Position numbers and translations under genes: made by a program | The notes under the pieces: generated by a model | What the model saw: the letters and a program-made list of their open reading frames with translations, nothing else | Told to the model about the DNA's origin: nothing | The model's database searches: none | Assembly: GCA_963769025.1 (NCBI GenBank) | Contig: CAVYKI010000006.1 | Location: forward strand, 384,001-448,000 | From: an uncultured Verrucomicrobiae bacterium | GTDB taxonomy: Bacteria > Verrucomicrobiota > Verrucomicrobiia > Chthoniobacterales > Chthoniobacteraceae | Reading direction: 5' to 3' | DNA: 64,000 nt | Shown: one piece after another, positions 1 through 10,516 of the stretch | Position numbering within the stretch: position 1 is the first letter of the stretch | How the letters are laid out: the number at the start of each line of letters is the position of its first letter

Positions 1-377
1 TCCATGAGACGCAAGAGGTTTTGGATCATATCCTGCCGGATCTCCTGCACCATCGCGTGGCCTTTTTCGCTGATGACGACGAGCACCTTGCGGCGGTCCT
101 CAGGGCCCTGCTTGCGGCTGATGAGGGAGAGCTTCTCGAGGCGATCGACGAGGCCGGTCGCGGCTGCGGTGGTGTGCTTCATGCGGCGGGCGACTTCGGT
201 CATCGTCAGCGGCTCTTCCTCTTGGGCGAGGAAGCTCAGGAGCAGGAATTGTGGAAAGGACAGACGACCCCGGACCAATTCCTTGGAAAGGTTGAGGACG
301 AATGAGCGTTGAAGGACGATAAAAATATCAGCCAGGCGCTCGGCGGAGGACTTCAGGTCTTGTCGGTGATCGTGCAT
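1..377 (-). CDS. MarR family transcriptional regulator (3' end runs off window)
   Basis: Not in ORF track. Manual minus-strand translation from ATG at 377: MHDHRQDLKSSAERLADIFIVLQRSF...LSFPQFLLLSFL...LTMTEVARRMKHTTAAATGLVDRLEKLSLISRKQGPEDRRKVLVVISEKG, a winged HTH with the DRR motif. Confidence 0.9.
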   Translation of the reverse strand, partial: MHDHRQDLKSSAERLADIFIVLQRSFVLNLSKELVRGRLSFPQFLLLSFLAQEEEPLTMTEVARRMKHTTAAATGLVDRLEKLSLISRKQGPEDRRKVLVVISEKGHAMVQEIRQDMIQNLLRLM

Positions 378-494
378 AGGATTTAGAATATTAAGCAGAT
401 AAAGGGTAGGGGCATCCCTCTTGTGGTCAACTGACATTTTCCCCGAACGTCGCGGCACGGCAGGTGCTTGAGAGCATTGGAATTCCCACAAGCC

Positions 495-947
495 ATGCAA
501 CGCTACACCGACCAACCCGCCACCGTGGAACTTTCGGAAACCCTCGCCGAAACCACCCCCGCCGAACTGAAGGGCAAGGTTCTCCTCCTCGAAGACGACC
601 CGCAGTTTAAGGAGATCATGAACGAGTTCCTCGCCACCCACGGCTTCCAGGTGGTCGCCGTCCAGAACGGCGTCGAGGGCGTCCACGAGGTGCTCGCCGG
701 GGACTTTGAGGTCATCCTTTGCGACATGATGATGCCTACGCTTCCGGGCGACATGTTCTTCCGCGCCGTGGAACGGATGCGCCCGCATCTCTGCAACCGT
801 TTCATCTTCATGACCGGCCATCGCGGAAACGCGAAAGTCTCGGACTTCATCCGCACCGTGAATGGCACGATGCTCGCAAAGCCCTTCCATGTGGACGATC
901 TGCTGGAGATGATCGCCTTTGTGCAGGTCCGCACCGCGGTGAACTGA
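495..947 (+). CDS. Single-domain response regulator (receiver)
   Basis: VLLLEDD, phospho-Asp in ILCDMMMP, FMTG, LAKPF; no output domain. ATG 495 preferred over TTG 468. Confidence 0.9.
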   Translation: MQRYTDQPATVELSETLAETTPAELKGKVLLLEDDPQFKEIMNEFLATHGFQVVAVQNGVEGVHEVLAGDFEVILCDMMMPTLPGDMFFRAVERMRPHLCNRFIFMTGHRGNAKVSDFIRTVNGTMLAKPFHVDDLLEMIAFVQVRTAVN

Positions 948-1009
948 GGCGAGGGGAGTAGTCGCGGGCCACCGTCCCACAAGATCGTTGGGCCGGATTG
1001 GGGCCGAGG

Positions 1010-1135
1010 TCACTTGCCGATGGCCTTGAACAAAACGAACACCAAGAGCGCAAGGCCCAAGCTGCCGCCAAAAAGCCAAACCAGGAATGCTTTGCCGGCG
1101 GCTGCGATCACGGGGATGAGAATGACGGTGCTCAT
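1010..1135 (-). CDS. Small hydrophobic membrane protein (41 aa)
   Basis: MSTVILIPVIAAAGKAFLVWLFGGSLGLALLVFVLFKAIGK fills the intergenic gap; pyrimidine-rich leader. Confidence 0.55.
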   Translation of the reverse strand: MSTVILIPVIAAAGKAFLVWLFGGSLGLALLVFVLFKAIGK

Positions 1136-1287
1136 ATTTGGAGGGAGGGTGGGTGTTTCACCTGTGGATCGTGGTGTGTCCTCGAATCGGACGTAAATCG
1201 TTTTGGCAATGCCGGGTCGGGAGCCCGACATCATGCCTCGGGTGTCCGAGCTTGTTCCTGCGATGGAGATTCCCCATCCTGTCGCGC

Positions 1288-2277
1288 ATGAAAGCCCTCG
1301 ACCTGCTCCTCGTCTGCGCCCTCGCGATCGCGCTCGGAATTTCCAATGGAAAATCCGCCGCCGCAGACGCACCCGGAACAACGACGGTGCTCAAATGGAA
1401 GGATGGGAAGAAGGCCGTCTTCCTCCTCATGTTCGACGACAGCGCGCCCAGCGCCATGAATACCGTCATCCCCGAACTGAAGAAGCGTGGCATGACCGGC
1501 ACCTTCTACGTCGTCCCCGGCGGCGACCCATTCAAGGTCGCGCAAAAGGCGTGGGAGACCGAACTGCCCGGCCCCGACATCGTCTATGCGAACCACACCT
1601 TCACCCACAAGGGAGCCACCACCGCCGAGCAGCTCGACGAGGAACTCGCGAAGTGCAACGAAGGCATCGCGAAGTGCTTCCCCGGCCTCAAGCAGCCGCG
1701 CCTGATTTCCTTCGGCAAGCCCGGCGGCGTCCCATGGACGGTGAGCAAGGAGGAAGTCAGCGCCGCATTAGCCAAATACCACCTCGTCGATCGGCCGCCG
1801 TTCAAGGGCTTCCCGATCAATTTCAAGACGACCGAGGAATTGCTCGCGCTCGTGGACGCCGCGCTCGCGAAAGGCGAAATGGAATACCACGTCTTTCACG
1901 GCGTGGGAGGCGACTGGCTGGTCACGCCGCTCGGTGTCTTCCACGCGCTGCTCGACAAACTCGCGGCCCACAAGGACGAGCTGTGGGTCACAGACGCCAT
2001 CTCATGGCATCAATACGCCGCCGAACGCAAAAGCGCCGAAGTCAAAGTCCTCGAAGCCGGGAAAGACCGCATCCGAGTCCGCCTGACCTCCCGGGAGGAC
2101 CCCGCCTTCTACGACCTCCCGCTCACGCTCTCCACGCAGGTCCCGCCGGATTGGAAGCAATGTCGTGTGACGCAGGGCGGCACGAGCACCACCGTTTCCG
2201 CAGCGGACGGCTTCGTGCGCTACCCGGCCGTTCCGGGCGCGGAGGAAATCACGATCCAGCCTGTCGGCGGGAGGTAG
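1288..2277 (+). CDS. Secreted polysaccharide deacetylase (NodB/CE4-like)
   Basis: Signal peptide MKALDLLLVCALAIALG; motifs MFDDS and NHTFTH. Confidence 0.8.
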   Translation: MKALDLLLVCALAIALGISNGKSAAADAPGTTTVLKWKDGKKAVFLLMFDDSAPSAMNTVIPELKKRGMTGTFYVVPGGDPFKVAQKAWETELPGPDIVYANHTFTHKGATTAEQLDEELAKCNEGIAKCFPGLKQPRLISFGKPGGVPWTVSKEEVSAALAKYHLVDRPPFKGFPINFKTTEELLALVDAALAKGEMEYHVFHGVGGDWLVTPLGVFHALLDKLAAHKDELWVTDAISWHQYAAERKSAEVKVLEAGKDRIRVRLTSREDPAFYDLPLTLSTQVPPDWKQCRVTQGGTSTTVSAADGFVRYPAVPGAEEITIQPVGGR

Positions 2278-2334
2278 GCTCCGCGCCCAAAGCGGGACTT
2301 GGAAACGGCGAACGGCTAGGTGAACGATCCGCAC

Positions 2335-3856
2335 TCACGGGTTCGTGAGGTTCGGCGCCCACGTGCCATCCCGCAGTTCAGGCATCTTGCCGTCGGCGGG
2401 GAAGGTGGTCTTCACGGCTTCGCGGAGCTTTGCGGAAAGCTCCGCGACGGTCGCGACGTGTGCGGGATTCTCGGCGAGATTGGTGAGTTCCTTCGGATCA
2501 TTGTCGTGGTCGTAAAGCTCGCGTCCCTGCCGGCCTTCGTCCCACTCGGTATAGCGCCAGCGAGGGGTGCGCAGGCTGTAGCCGAGGAAGCGCTTCACGT
2601 TGTCGCCCACTGCCGGGGCCGCGCCCATGCGCTTGAAGCCGCCGCCGCGCACCACCTGGCTGATCGTCCAGCCGCGTCCGGCTGCCGCCGGGTCTTTCAA
2701 CATGGGCGCGAGGCTCTGGCCCTGGAGATTCGCGGGCGGCTTCACGCCGCAGAGTTCCGTGAGCGTCGGATACAGATCGATGAGGCCGACGGGCGCCGAG
2801 GCGACGCTGCCGGGCTTCGCGACGCCGGGACCGGCGATGATGAGCGGGACGCGCGCGCTTTCCTCGAAGAGGCTCTGCTTCTGCCAGAGCCCGTGTTCGC
2901 CGAGGTGATAGCCGTGGTCGCTCGTGAAAACGACGATGGTGTTGTCGCTCAGGCCGAGGCGGTCGAGCGCGTCGAGCACCTTGCCCGCCTGCGCATCCAT
3001 GAAAGTGATGCTCGCATAGTACGCCTGCAACGCCTGCCTGCGCAGATCGTCGGTGAGCTTGTCCTGCTCCTTCTTGTAGCTCATCAGCCCGGCGGGCGGG
3101 ATGTCCTTCTGATCCTCCGCGACGCCCTGCACGACCGGCATCTGCGCCTCGGGATATTTTTCAAAGTAGGATGCCGGCGAGACGTAGGGCGTGTGCGGGC
3201 GGAAGAAGCCGACGGCGAGAAAGAACGGGCGATCCTTCTGCTTCGCGCAACGTTCCAGCACCCACTCCGCGTCCGCGGCCTCCATGCCGTCGGTGTGCTT
3301 CGCGTCGGGATTCTTCGAGGCGAGCCAGCTCAGCGTGCCGCCGAATTGCCCCGGCGTGAGGCTGAAAATGTCCGGCTCCTCCGTCATGCGGTCGCAGCCC
3401 GCGGGGTTCAGCTCCATTTCCCACGAGCCGGGATCGTCGTGGCCGTTCGTGCCGATCGAGTTCGGCACATTGTAGTGGTAGAGCTTGCCGATGCGCACCG
3501 CGAGGTAGCCCTCGAGCCGGAACGCCTGCGGCAGGCTCACGGCTGACGGGATCGTCTGCCGGAAAATCTGCGCATTCGCGAGGATGCCCGTGCTGTTCGG
3601 GTAGCAGTCCCGTGAGCATCGAGTTGCGGCTCGGCCCGCAGAGCGGGAACTGGCAGTACGCACGGTCGAAGCGCACGCCGCGCGCGGCGAGCTTGTCGAG
3701 GTTCGGCGTCTTCACGAGCGGATGCCCGTAGGTGCCCATGCTGTTGTTCAGATCATCGGCGATGATGAAGAGGACATTGGGCTTTTTTGCGGGGGCGTCG
3801 GCGGCGCTGGCGGTAACGACGAGCGCGGCGAGCAGGACGGGGAGGATTGGATTCAT
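2335..3856 (-). CDS. Cys-type sulfatase (iduronate-2-sulfatase-like), one frameshift near 3606
   Basis: Signal peptide, [22 protein letters not shown] (CxPxR) in ORF 3161..3856; continues in ORF 2335..3663 with [20 protein letters not shown]; about 506 aa joined. Confidence 0.9.
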
Positions 3857-3901
3857 GGGGGCGGGGATGGTTGCGTGGTCGGGGAACGAGGGGTGTGCGT
3901 G

Positions 3902-5575
3902 CTATTTGGCCGGAGGTTGCTGGGGCTTCTTCCTGCCGCCGCCGTCGCCGGCGTCGGTGAAAGGTGGCTGCTCGAATCGCGGGGGATTTTCCACGACACG
4001 CGGATCGTTCGCCTCGCGGAGTTTTTTCATCAGCTCGGCGGCGAGCCTGTCCTTCGCTTTCGCGAAGCCGGCGTTGCCCGCGAGATTGTTCACCTGGTCG
4101 GGATCCTTGCGCAGATCGTAGAGTTCCTCGGCGGGCCGCTTGCCGAATGCGAACTCGTAATGCCACTGCCACTCGGGATCATTGCGGTGCGTGACGAGCC
4201 AGGCTTTCGTCGGGCTCGCATCCATGTCGGCGAATGCGGCGTAGGTGGAATTTTGCAGCGCATCGGAGGGCGGCGTCTCCGTGGCGGTCACGCCCTTCGG
4301 CGAGCCCATCGGCCAGCGGTCGGCCTCGAAGTTGCGGATGTAAACGTAGTCCGGCGTGTGCAGCGCGCGCATGGGGTAGGGGAGATTTCCCTCGCGCGCT
4401 GCGCCGACGTGCCGCTCGCGCCCGGTGATGACCCAATCGCGCGTCGGATCGATGAGCCCGCTTTTGTCCGACTGCATGAGCGGCAGCAGCGAGCGGCCGT
4501 AGAGCCCCTCGGGCGGCTTCACTCCGGCGATCTCCATGAAAGTCGGCGCGAGGTCGGGCAGGCGCACGAAGTCCTCCACGATTCGGCCGCCTTTCCCGCC
4601 CGGCACGCGCATGACGAGCGGCACGCTCACGCCCATGTCGTAGAGGTTGCACTTGCCCGCGGGAACGCCCGGCATGCCGTGATCGCCGCTGAGCACGATG
4701 AGCGTGCGGGCCGCCTCGCCGGTTTCCTCGAGGCGCTTGAGCAGTTCGCCGACGCACGCGTCCACGGCCTGGCATTCGCCGAGATAGTCCGCCACGTCCT
4801 CGCGCACCTCGTGCACGTCGGGGAGAAACTTCGGCATCTTGCCCCTCAGCGCATCGGGCTCGATTCCCCAGAGTTTCTTGCCCGAGCCTTTGATCCACGT
4901 GCGGTGCGTCGTCGTGGTGCCGAAGAAATAGTGCCACGGCTCGCCCTCTTTCCGTGCGGCGAGGAATGCGTCGAAATTGCCCCGCACCTGCGCGAGGATC
5001 TCCGCGCGGGCCTGGTCGAAGGACATGCCCTTTCCCACGCGCGCGGTGGCTTCTTCGGAAAAATTGTTCGGTGCGCGCCCGGCCTTTTCATAGGCGTATT
5101 GCTGGCCGCCAAATGGCGCGTCCGCCGGCGTGCCGGGGCTCCACACCTTGTAGCTTTTCCCGATCCTGTAGCCGGCGTCGCGGATCATGAGCGGATACGT
5201 CGGGATGGAATCGTCCCACACCGCGCCGTTCAGGATCGCGGCGCGTCCCGTGTTGAAGAAATAACGCCCCGTGAGCAGCGAACTGCGGCACGGCGTGCAG
5301 CTCGGCGCGTTGACGAACGCATTCTTGAAGACCACGCCTTCCTTCGCGACGCGATCCACGTTGGGCGTCTGCACGACGTCATTGATCGTGGGCCGCCCGT
5401 CGAGGCCCTTGTAGCAGCTCGCGTAGCGACCCCAGTCGTCGGCGAAGACGAAGAGGATGTTCCAGCGGGGTGCGTCTGCCGCTGAGGCCGGGAGACAGAA
5501 GGCCGCGGCCAGCAGCAGGAATCCGGCGAAGCGCGTGGCGAAGGTGGAAGAGTGGGGTGTGTGCAGTGTGTTCAT
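3902..5575 (-). CDS. Cys-type sulfatase (sulfamidase-like)
   Basis: Signal peptide, NILFVFADD, CTPCRSSLLTG, GDHGMP, ELYDL. Confidence 0.9.
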   Translation of the reverse strand: MNTLHTPHSSTFATRFAGFLLLAAAFCLPASAADAPRWNILFVFADDWGRYASCYKGLDGRPTINDVVQTPNVDRVAKEGVVFKNAFVNAPSCTPCRSSLLTGRYFFNTGRAAILNGAVWDDSIPTYPLMIRDAGYRIGKSYKVWSPGTPADAPFGGQQYAYEKAGRAPNNFSEEATARVGKGMSFDQARAEILAQVRGNFDAFLAARKEGEPWHYFFGTTTTHRTWIKGSGKKLWGIEPDALRGKMPKFLPDVHEVREDVADYLGECQAVDACVGELLKRLEETGEAARTLIVLSGDHGMPGVPAGKCNLYDMGVSVPLVMRVPGGKGGRIVEDFVRLPDLAPTFMEIAGVKPPEGLYGRSLLPLMQSDKSGLIDPTRDWVITGRERHVGAAREGNLPYPMRALHTPDYVYIRNFEADRWPMGSPKGVTATETPPSDALQNSTYAAFADMDASPTKAWLVTHRNDPEWQWHYEFAFGKRPAEELYDLRKDPDQVNNLAGNAGFAKAKDRLAAELMKKLREANDPRVVENPPRFEQPPFTDAGDGGGRKKPQQPPAK

Positions 5576-5734
5576 CGGGGTGCGTAGTTTATCCGTGCGG
5601 GAGTTTCCGATTAGCCATGGCAGGCGGGCCGGGTCACGCTCTTTGGGAGCCCTTGCTCGCTTGGAGATTGTGGCGTCCGGTGCGTTTGACACCTTCTGCG
5701 CGGCCACCTAGCCTGCCGCGCTCAGAACCGTTCC

Positions 5735-6859
5735 ATGCGTCCACAGTCCCCCATCCAGTCCCCGCGTTTCGGCCGTACCGCGGCGATTGCGGCGGCGATC
5801 CTGGCGACGGTGGCGGTGCTTCAGCTCGGCGCGGTGACGGTCGCATTTTTCAAAAAGTCGGGGAGCGGCGCTTCGGAGAATGACGATGACAACGGCGGCG
5901 GCCCGCCGATGAAGATCGATATCTCCAAGCTCGTGCTCGACACACCGCCCCCCGAGGCACCCTTGCCGCTCGGCGTGGATCCGCTCGCGTCGGCCAACGA
6001 CGATCGCCCGCCGGGGCCGCAGCCAATCCTGCCGCGCGCCGAACCGCTCGTCCCGCCGCACGACCCCGCCGCTTCGCAGGCCGGGAATCTCGCGCCGCCG
6101 CGCCCGACGCCGGTGCCGCTGAGTGCGTTCACGCCGAAGGCCGATCCGCGCTTCAGCGAACTCGTGGAGCAGGGCAGGCTCCTCCGCAGCAGCGGCGATA
6201 CTGCGGGCGCGCTGGTGAAATTCCGCGAGGCCGCGGTGATCGAGCCGGGCAATCCGCTCGCCATCGCGGAGCAGGCGTACACCTTTGAAAAAATGAGCCT
6301 GCCGGACAAGGCGGCGGAGCAGTGGAAGCGCCTCGTCTCGATGGGCGACCGCGCGGGCCTGTATCATTCGGTGGCGATGTCGAAGATGAACACCGCAGTG
6401 CAGGGCACGATGCGCACGACAGCCGGTGGCGGGCCGCCGATCCCGCAGGGAAAGGTGATGGCCATCGGAAGCACCGTGGCGAGGGAGGAACCGGACCCGG
6501 AGGCGGCGAAGAAATTCACGCTGTCGGTGCCGATCCGCGCGGGTGCGGCGGAGACCATCGCGGTGCGCGACATGAAGGTCTTCGTGCTTTTTTACGAACG
6601 CGTGAGCGGCAAGGACATCGCGCGCACCATCGCGAACGTCAGCAACCGATGGTCTTCATCGCCGGTGGACTGGAAGGAAGGCGACACGGAGACGCTGGAG
6701 GTGAGCTACGATCTGCCCGCGCAGCAGGCGCGAGCCGAGCACCGGGAATATTACGGCTACATCGTGCGGCTTTATTACCGCGGCGAATTGCAGGATACGA
6801 AGGCCGAGCCGGCGAACCTGAACCAGAAGTTTCCACCCCCCTACACACTCTCCGAATAG
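5735..6859 (+). CDS. Membrane-anchored protein with Pro-rich linker, TPR-like helices and C-terminal beta-rich domain
   Basis: N-terminal TM AAIAAAILATVAVLQLGAVTVAFF; TPR-like GDTAGALVKFREAAVIEPGNPLAIAEQAYTFEKMSLPDKAAEQW. Confidence 0.7.
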   Translation: MRPQSPIQSPRFGRTAAIAAAILATVAVLQLGAVTVAFFKKSGSGASENDDDNGGGPPMKIDISKLVLDTPPPEAPLPLGVDPLASANDDRPPGPQPILPRAEPLVPPHDPAASQAGNLAPPRPTPVPLSAFTPKADPRFSELVEQGRLLRSSGDTAGALVKFREAAVIEPGNPLAIAEQAYTFEKMSLPDKAAEQWKRLVSMGDRAGLYHSVAMSKMNTAVQGTMRTTAGGGPPIPQGKVMAIGSTVAREEPDPEAAKKFTLSVPIRAGAAETIAVRDMKVFVLFYERVSGKDIARTIANVSNRWSSSPVDWKEGDTETLEVSYDLPAQQARAEHREYYGYIVRLYYRGELQDTKAEPANLNQKFPPPYTLSE

Positions 6860-6869
6860 AAACCAAATC

Positions 6870-9615
6870 ATGCGAATCCTGATTGTTGATGACGAGGCGG
6901 GCGTTCTCCAGGCGCTCATGGCAATAGTGAAGGCAATTCCCGGCCACGAGGTGCGGGTCGCTGCCAGCGCGCAAAAGGCGCACGAGCACGCGGCTGCGCT
7001 GGGCGGCGTGGATCTGCTGATCACCGACGTGGTGATGGATCCGACGGATGGCTTCACGTTGCGCGCGGAAATGCAGGGACTCTATCCGGAATTGCAGGCC
7101 GTCTTCATCAGCGGTTACGACCTGACGGAATACGCGGAGCAGACTGCCGGGACGCCAGTCCTCGCGAAACCCGTCGATGCCGACGCGCTGAGGACCGAAA
7201 TCGAAAATGCGGCAGCTCGTCTAGCCGCACCTGCGCCCGCTCCCGTCGCGGCTCCGGTCGCCGTTTCCGCGCCGCAGCCGGCTGTCGCCGCGGTGCAGCC
7301 GGTCGCCGCGGCAACTCCAACCGTGCGGGCGGTGCCGCAAGGGATGCCAGTCGCTGCGGTCGCGCAACCGACGGTCCGCGCAGTCCCGCAAGCGTCTCCG
7401 GCTGCCGTTCCTTCGGCTGTGCCGCGTGCGGCGGCTGTCCCGGCTGCTCCGACCGCGCAGCCGGCGGCGCGCGCAGTCCCGCAGGCGACGCCTGCAGCCG
7501 TGCCCTCCGCCGCCCCGCGTGCAGTGGCCGCTCCGACCGCACAACCGACCGTGCGGGCTGTCCCGCAAGCGGCTCCTGTCGCCGTGCCTTCCGCGACGCC
7601 GCGTGCCGCTGCTGTCCCGGCTGCTGTCCCGGCTGCTCCGGCTGCGCAGCCGGTGGCCCGCGCAGTCCCGCAAGCGACCCCTGCTGCCGTGCCTTCCGCA
7701 ACGCCGCGTGTCGCCACGGCTCCGGCCGTTGCGACCGCGCAGCCGGTGGTCCCATCCACTCCTGCCGCCCAGCCGACGGCGCGCGCCGCGTCCCCGGTGC
7801 CCGCCGTTCCTGTCGCTCCGCCTCCGGCCGTGCCGCGCGCTGCGACTCACGTGGCGAGCGCGGCAGCAGCGCCAGCCGGACCGCCGGACCCGCTGATTGG
7901 CGTGCAGCTCGGCGACTACCGCGTGCAGCAATTCATCGGCGACGGGAAATGGGGCCGCGTTTACCTGGCGCTGCAGCTCAGCGTGAACCGCCGCGTGGGC
8001 CTGAAGGTCCTGAACCCGGAGCGTGCCGAGGACGAAGGCGTCCGCGCGCAGTTCCTCGCCGACGCGCGGGCCAAGGCCGCGGTGCAGCATCCGTTCATTA
8101 TGTCCGTCTTCGAGGCGGACGAGCGCAACGGACTGGCGTTTTACACGCACGAATTCCTCGACGGCGCGAGCATGGCCGAGCGGATCGAGCGCGGGCAGAA
8201 GCTCGATGAAAAGACGGCGCTCCACGTGATGAAGGTCGCCGGCGAGGGGCTGCAATATCTCTGGTCGCACAATCTCTCCCACGCGCCGATCGAGGCCGAC
8301 AGCCTGCGCCTCGGCGCGGACAACATCGCCCGCATGGCAAATATCGCGGTTGCCGATGCGGACCCGTCCGTGACGGTCGAGCAGGAGCTTTTCACGGTCG
8401 GGACCATCATCCAACAGCTCACGCACGAGAACCTCATTTCCGGCGGCCTCCGCGCGCTGCTCGCCCGCATGACCGGTGGCCCGAACCCCGTGACCGGCTG
8501 GCCGGTGGTGCTCCAGGCCGTGAAGGCGCTCGAGCCAAAGGTGATCCCCGTAGAGGCCGCGAAGATGAAGGCGGCGGACGCGGCGGCGATGCGCGCGGTG
8601 GAGGCGGCCCGCAAGGCAAAGAAGCGGGCGCTTTACATCAGCGTCGCCACGCTGAGCGCGCTGGTGCTGATCCTCGGCGTCGTGGTTTACCGCTACGTCC
8701 TTACCAACGCGCGGCAGCTCGATGCCCAGGTGCAGATTCCTGCGGGCAGCTACAGGGTGGGCGAGGCCGGGAACCACGGCGGAGCTGGGCGCCTTCGAGA
8801 TCGACAAGTACGAAGTCAGCATCAACGAGTACGCCAAGTTCATCGCATGGTGCGAAAAGAATCCCTCCCAGGAGCATGAGTTCGACCACCCGCGGGGCGA
8901 GCGGAGGCTCTCGCACGTCACCGACGAGGTGAAGACACTCATCCTGAACGCCGCCGTCCGCGGCGGGCGGGTCTTCAAGCAGGAAGGGAATCCGACCCTC
9001 AACGTGCCCTCGGATCCGGGCGTGGAGATCGACCTGAACAGCCCGATGGTGGGCGTCACTTTCTGGAGCGCGTATGCCTATGCGAAGTGGCGGGGAAAAG
9101 TCGTCGAGAACGGCGCGGTGCGCGACCTTCCCACCGAGGAGGAATGGGAGGCCGCCGCGCGCGGCAAGAAGGGCTTCAAGTACCCGTGGGGCGATGAGCT
9201 GAAGCTCAAGAATTTCAACTCGAACCAAGGCTACATGCCGCTCGTTCCGGGCAGCAAGAAGACGGACGACGGCGCGAATTATTGGGCTGCGGTGGATGCG
9301 TTCGGCAATGACGTCAGCGAATTCGGAGTCGTGGGAATGGCGGGCAATGTCTGCGAGTGGGTCTATCGCAAGGAGGGCAACAAGGAGATCCCGCTGCTCA
9401 AGGGCGGTTCCTTTGCGAGCGATCCGATCCCGATGTGGGGCCGCATCCTGAAAATTCCCGCGGACGACGCGTGGTTTGTGTGGCCCGCGGCGAACAAGCC
9501 GAAGGGAAACATGCCGCCGTCGCCGGGGGCGACCAGCCGCTATTACGTGGGTGACGATGTCACCGCATCCTTTCGCTCGCTGTATGTCGGATTCCGCACC
9601 GTTAAGCGCAAATAG
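6870..9615 (+). CDS. Receiver / Pro-Ala repeat / pseudokinase / TM / FGE-sulfatase (SUMF1-fold) multidomain protein, one frameshift near 8772
   Basis: REC (ILIVDDE, LITDVVM, ISGY, LAKP); kinase N-lobe (IGDGKWGRVY, VGLKVL); TM LYISVATLSALVLILGVVVY; FGE-fold motifs FEIDKYEVS, LPTEEEWEAAARG, YPWG, GMAGNVCEW, KGGSF, GFRTV in ORF 8722..9615; about 914 aa joined. Confidence 0.85.
7225..7880 (+). repeat. Imperfect tandem coding repeats (five RAVPQ-anchored Pro/Ala/Val units)
   Basis: Units such as PTVRAVPQASPAAVPSAVPRAAAVPAAPTAQ recur; DNA gc(a/g/t)gt(c/g)ccgca(a/g) near 7329, 7380, 7473, 7557, 7662. Confidence 0.85.
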
Positions 9616-9621
9616 AAGCAA

Positions 9622-10494
9622 ATGAAGCCCCTGAACCGCCTCGCACTCCTGGTCCTCTTCGTGGGACTCCTTTCCTCCGCGAGCGCGCAGCTCGAGGTCG
9701 GCCTGGAAATGAAACGCCACATTTTCATGCGCGGTGAGCCGGTCGAGGCGACCGTCACCATCCGGAATCTCGCCGGCAAGGACGTGATCCTGCGCGACGC
9801 GGCCGGCAACCAGTGGTTCAGCTTTGAGATCATCAAGAGCGACACGCCGATCGGCCCGTTTGACCCCGACTACAAAAACGAACCGCTGGTCGTCCTCAGC
9901 GGCGCTTCCGTCCGCCGTAGCGTGGACCTGCTGAAGCTCTACCCGGTCAACGAATACGGGACATACTCCGTCCGTGCGGCGATCTATTTTGAGGAGACGA
10001 AAAAGTATATCTCATCCGGCTCGCTGAAAGTGGACATCAGCGACGGGCGGAAGCTCTGGACGCAGACCGTCGGCGTGCCGGCCGCGCAGGAAGGATCCGG
10101 CGAATACCGCGTGGTGTCGCTGCTCTCCTTCCAGCGGCCGAAGGAAATGACCATCTACGCCCGCGTCGAGGATGACCGGACGGGCGCCATCTTCGGCACC
10201 TATCCGCTCGGACGCATGGTGGCCGGCACGAATGTGGCGCATGAATTCGACCGGGATAATACGCTGCACGTCTTCCACATGGTCGGCCCCGGCCAGTACT
10301 ATCTCTCGAAAATCGGCGTGAACGGCGAGTGGCTCGGCCAGACCGTGTGGCATGCCGGCAAGGGCCGCGCGACCGTGCGCAAAAAGGAGGACGGACGCCT
10401 GGTCATCGTCGGCGCGACCCGCACCGCCGAGACGCCGCAGCCCGGCCCGGAGGTCCCGAGGCTCAGCGACCGCCCGATGGCGCTCCCGAAGTAA
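9622..10494 (+). CDS. Exported hypothetical protein (beta-sandwich-like N-terminus)
   Basis: Signal peptide ending SSASA-Q; starts 6 nt after upstream stop; host-like codon usage. Confidence 0.75.
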   Translation: MKPLNRLALLVLFVGLLSSASAQLEVGLEMKRHIFMRGEPVEATVTIRNLAGKDVILRDAAGNQWFSFEIIKSDTPIGPFDPDYKNEPLVVLSGASVRRSVDLLKLYPVNEYGTYSVRAAIYFEETKKYISSGSLKVDISDGRKLWTQTVGVPAAQEGSGEYRVVSLLSFQRPKEMTIYARVEDDRTGAIFGTYPLGRMVAGTNVAHEFDRDNTLHVFHMVGPGQYYLSKIGVNGEWLGQTVWHAGKGRATVRKKEDGRLVIVGATRTAETPQPGPEVPRLSDRPMALPK

Positions 10495-10516
10495 GTTGCC
10501 CGGGAGAATTCGCGCT

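Noticed and set aside
7225..7880. CRISPR array or non-coding repeat
   Set aside because: Repeats are in-frame, degenerate at synonymous sites, have no unique spacers, and no cas genes are present.
8722..9615. FGE domain as the formylglycine-generating enzyme for the neighbouring sulfatases
   Set aside because: Lacks the catalytic Cys pair after the GGS motif (KGGSFASDPIPMW) and lies beyond a TM helix in a signalling protein.
9400..9615. Diversity-generating retroelement target (FGE/CLec fold C-terminus)
   Set aside because: No reverse transcriptase and no template repeat of this region seen in the window.
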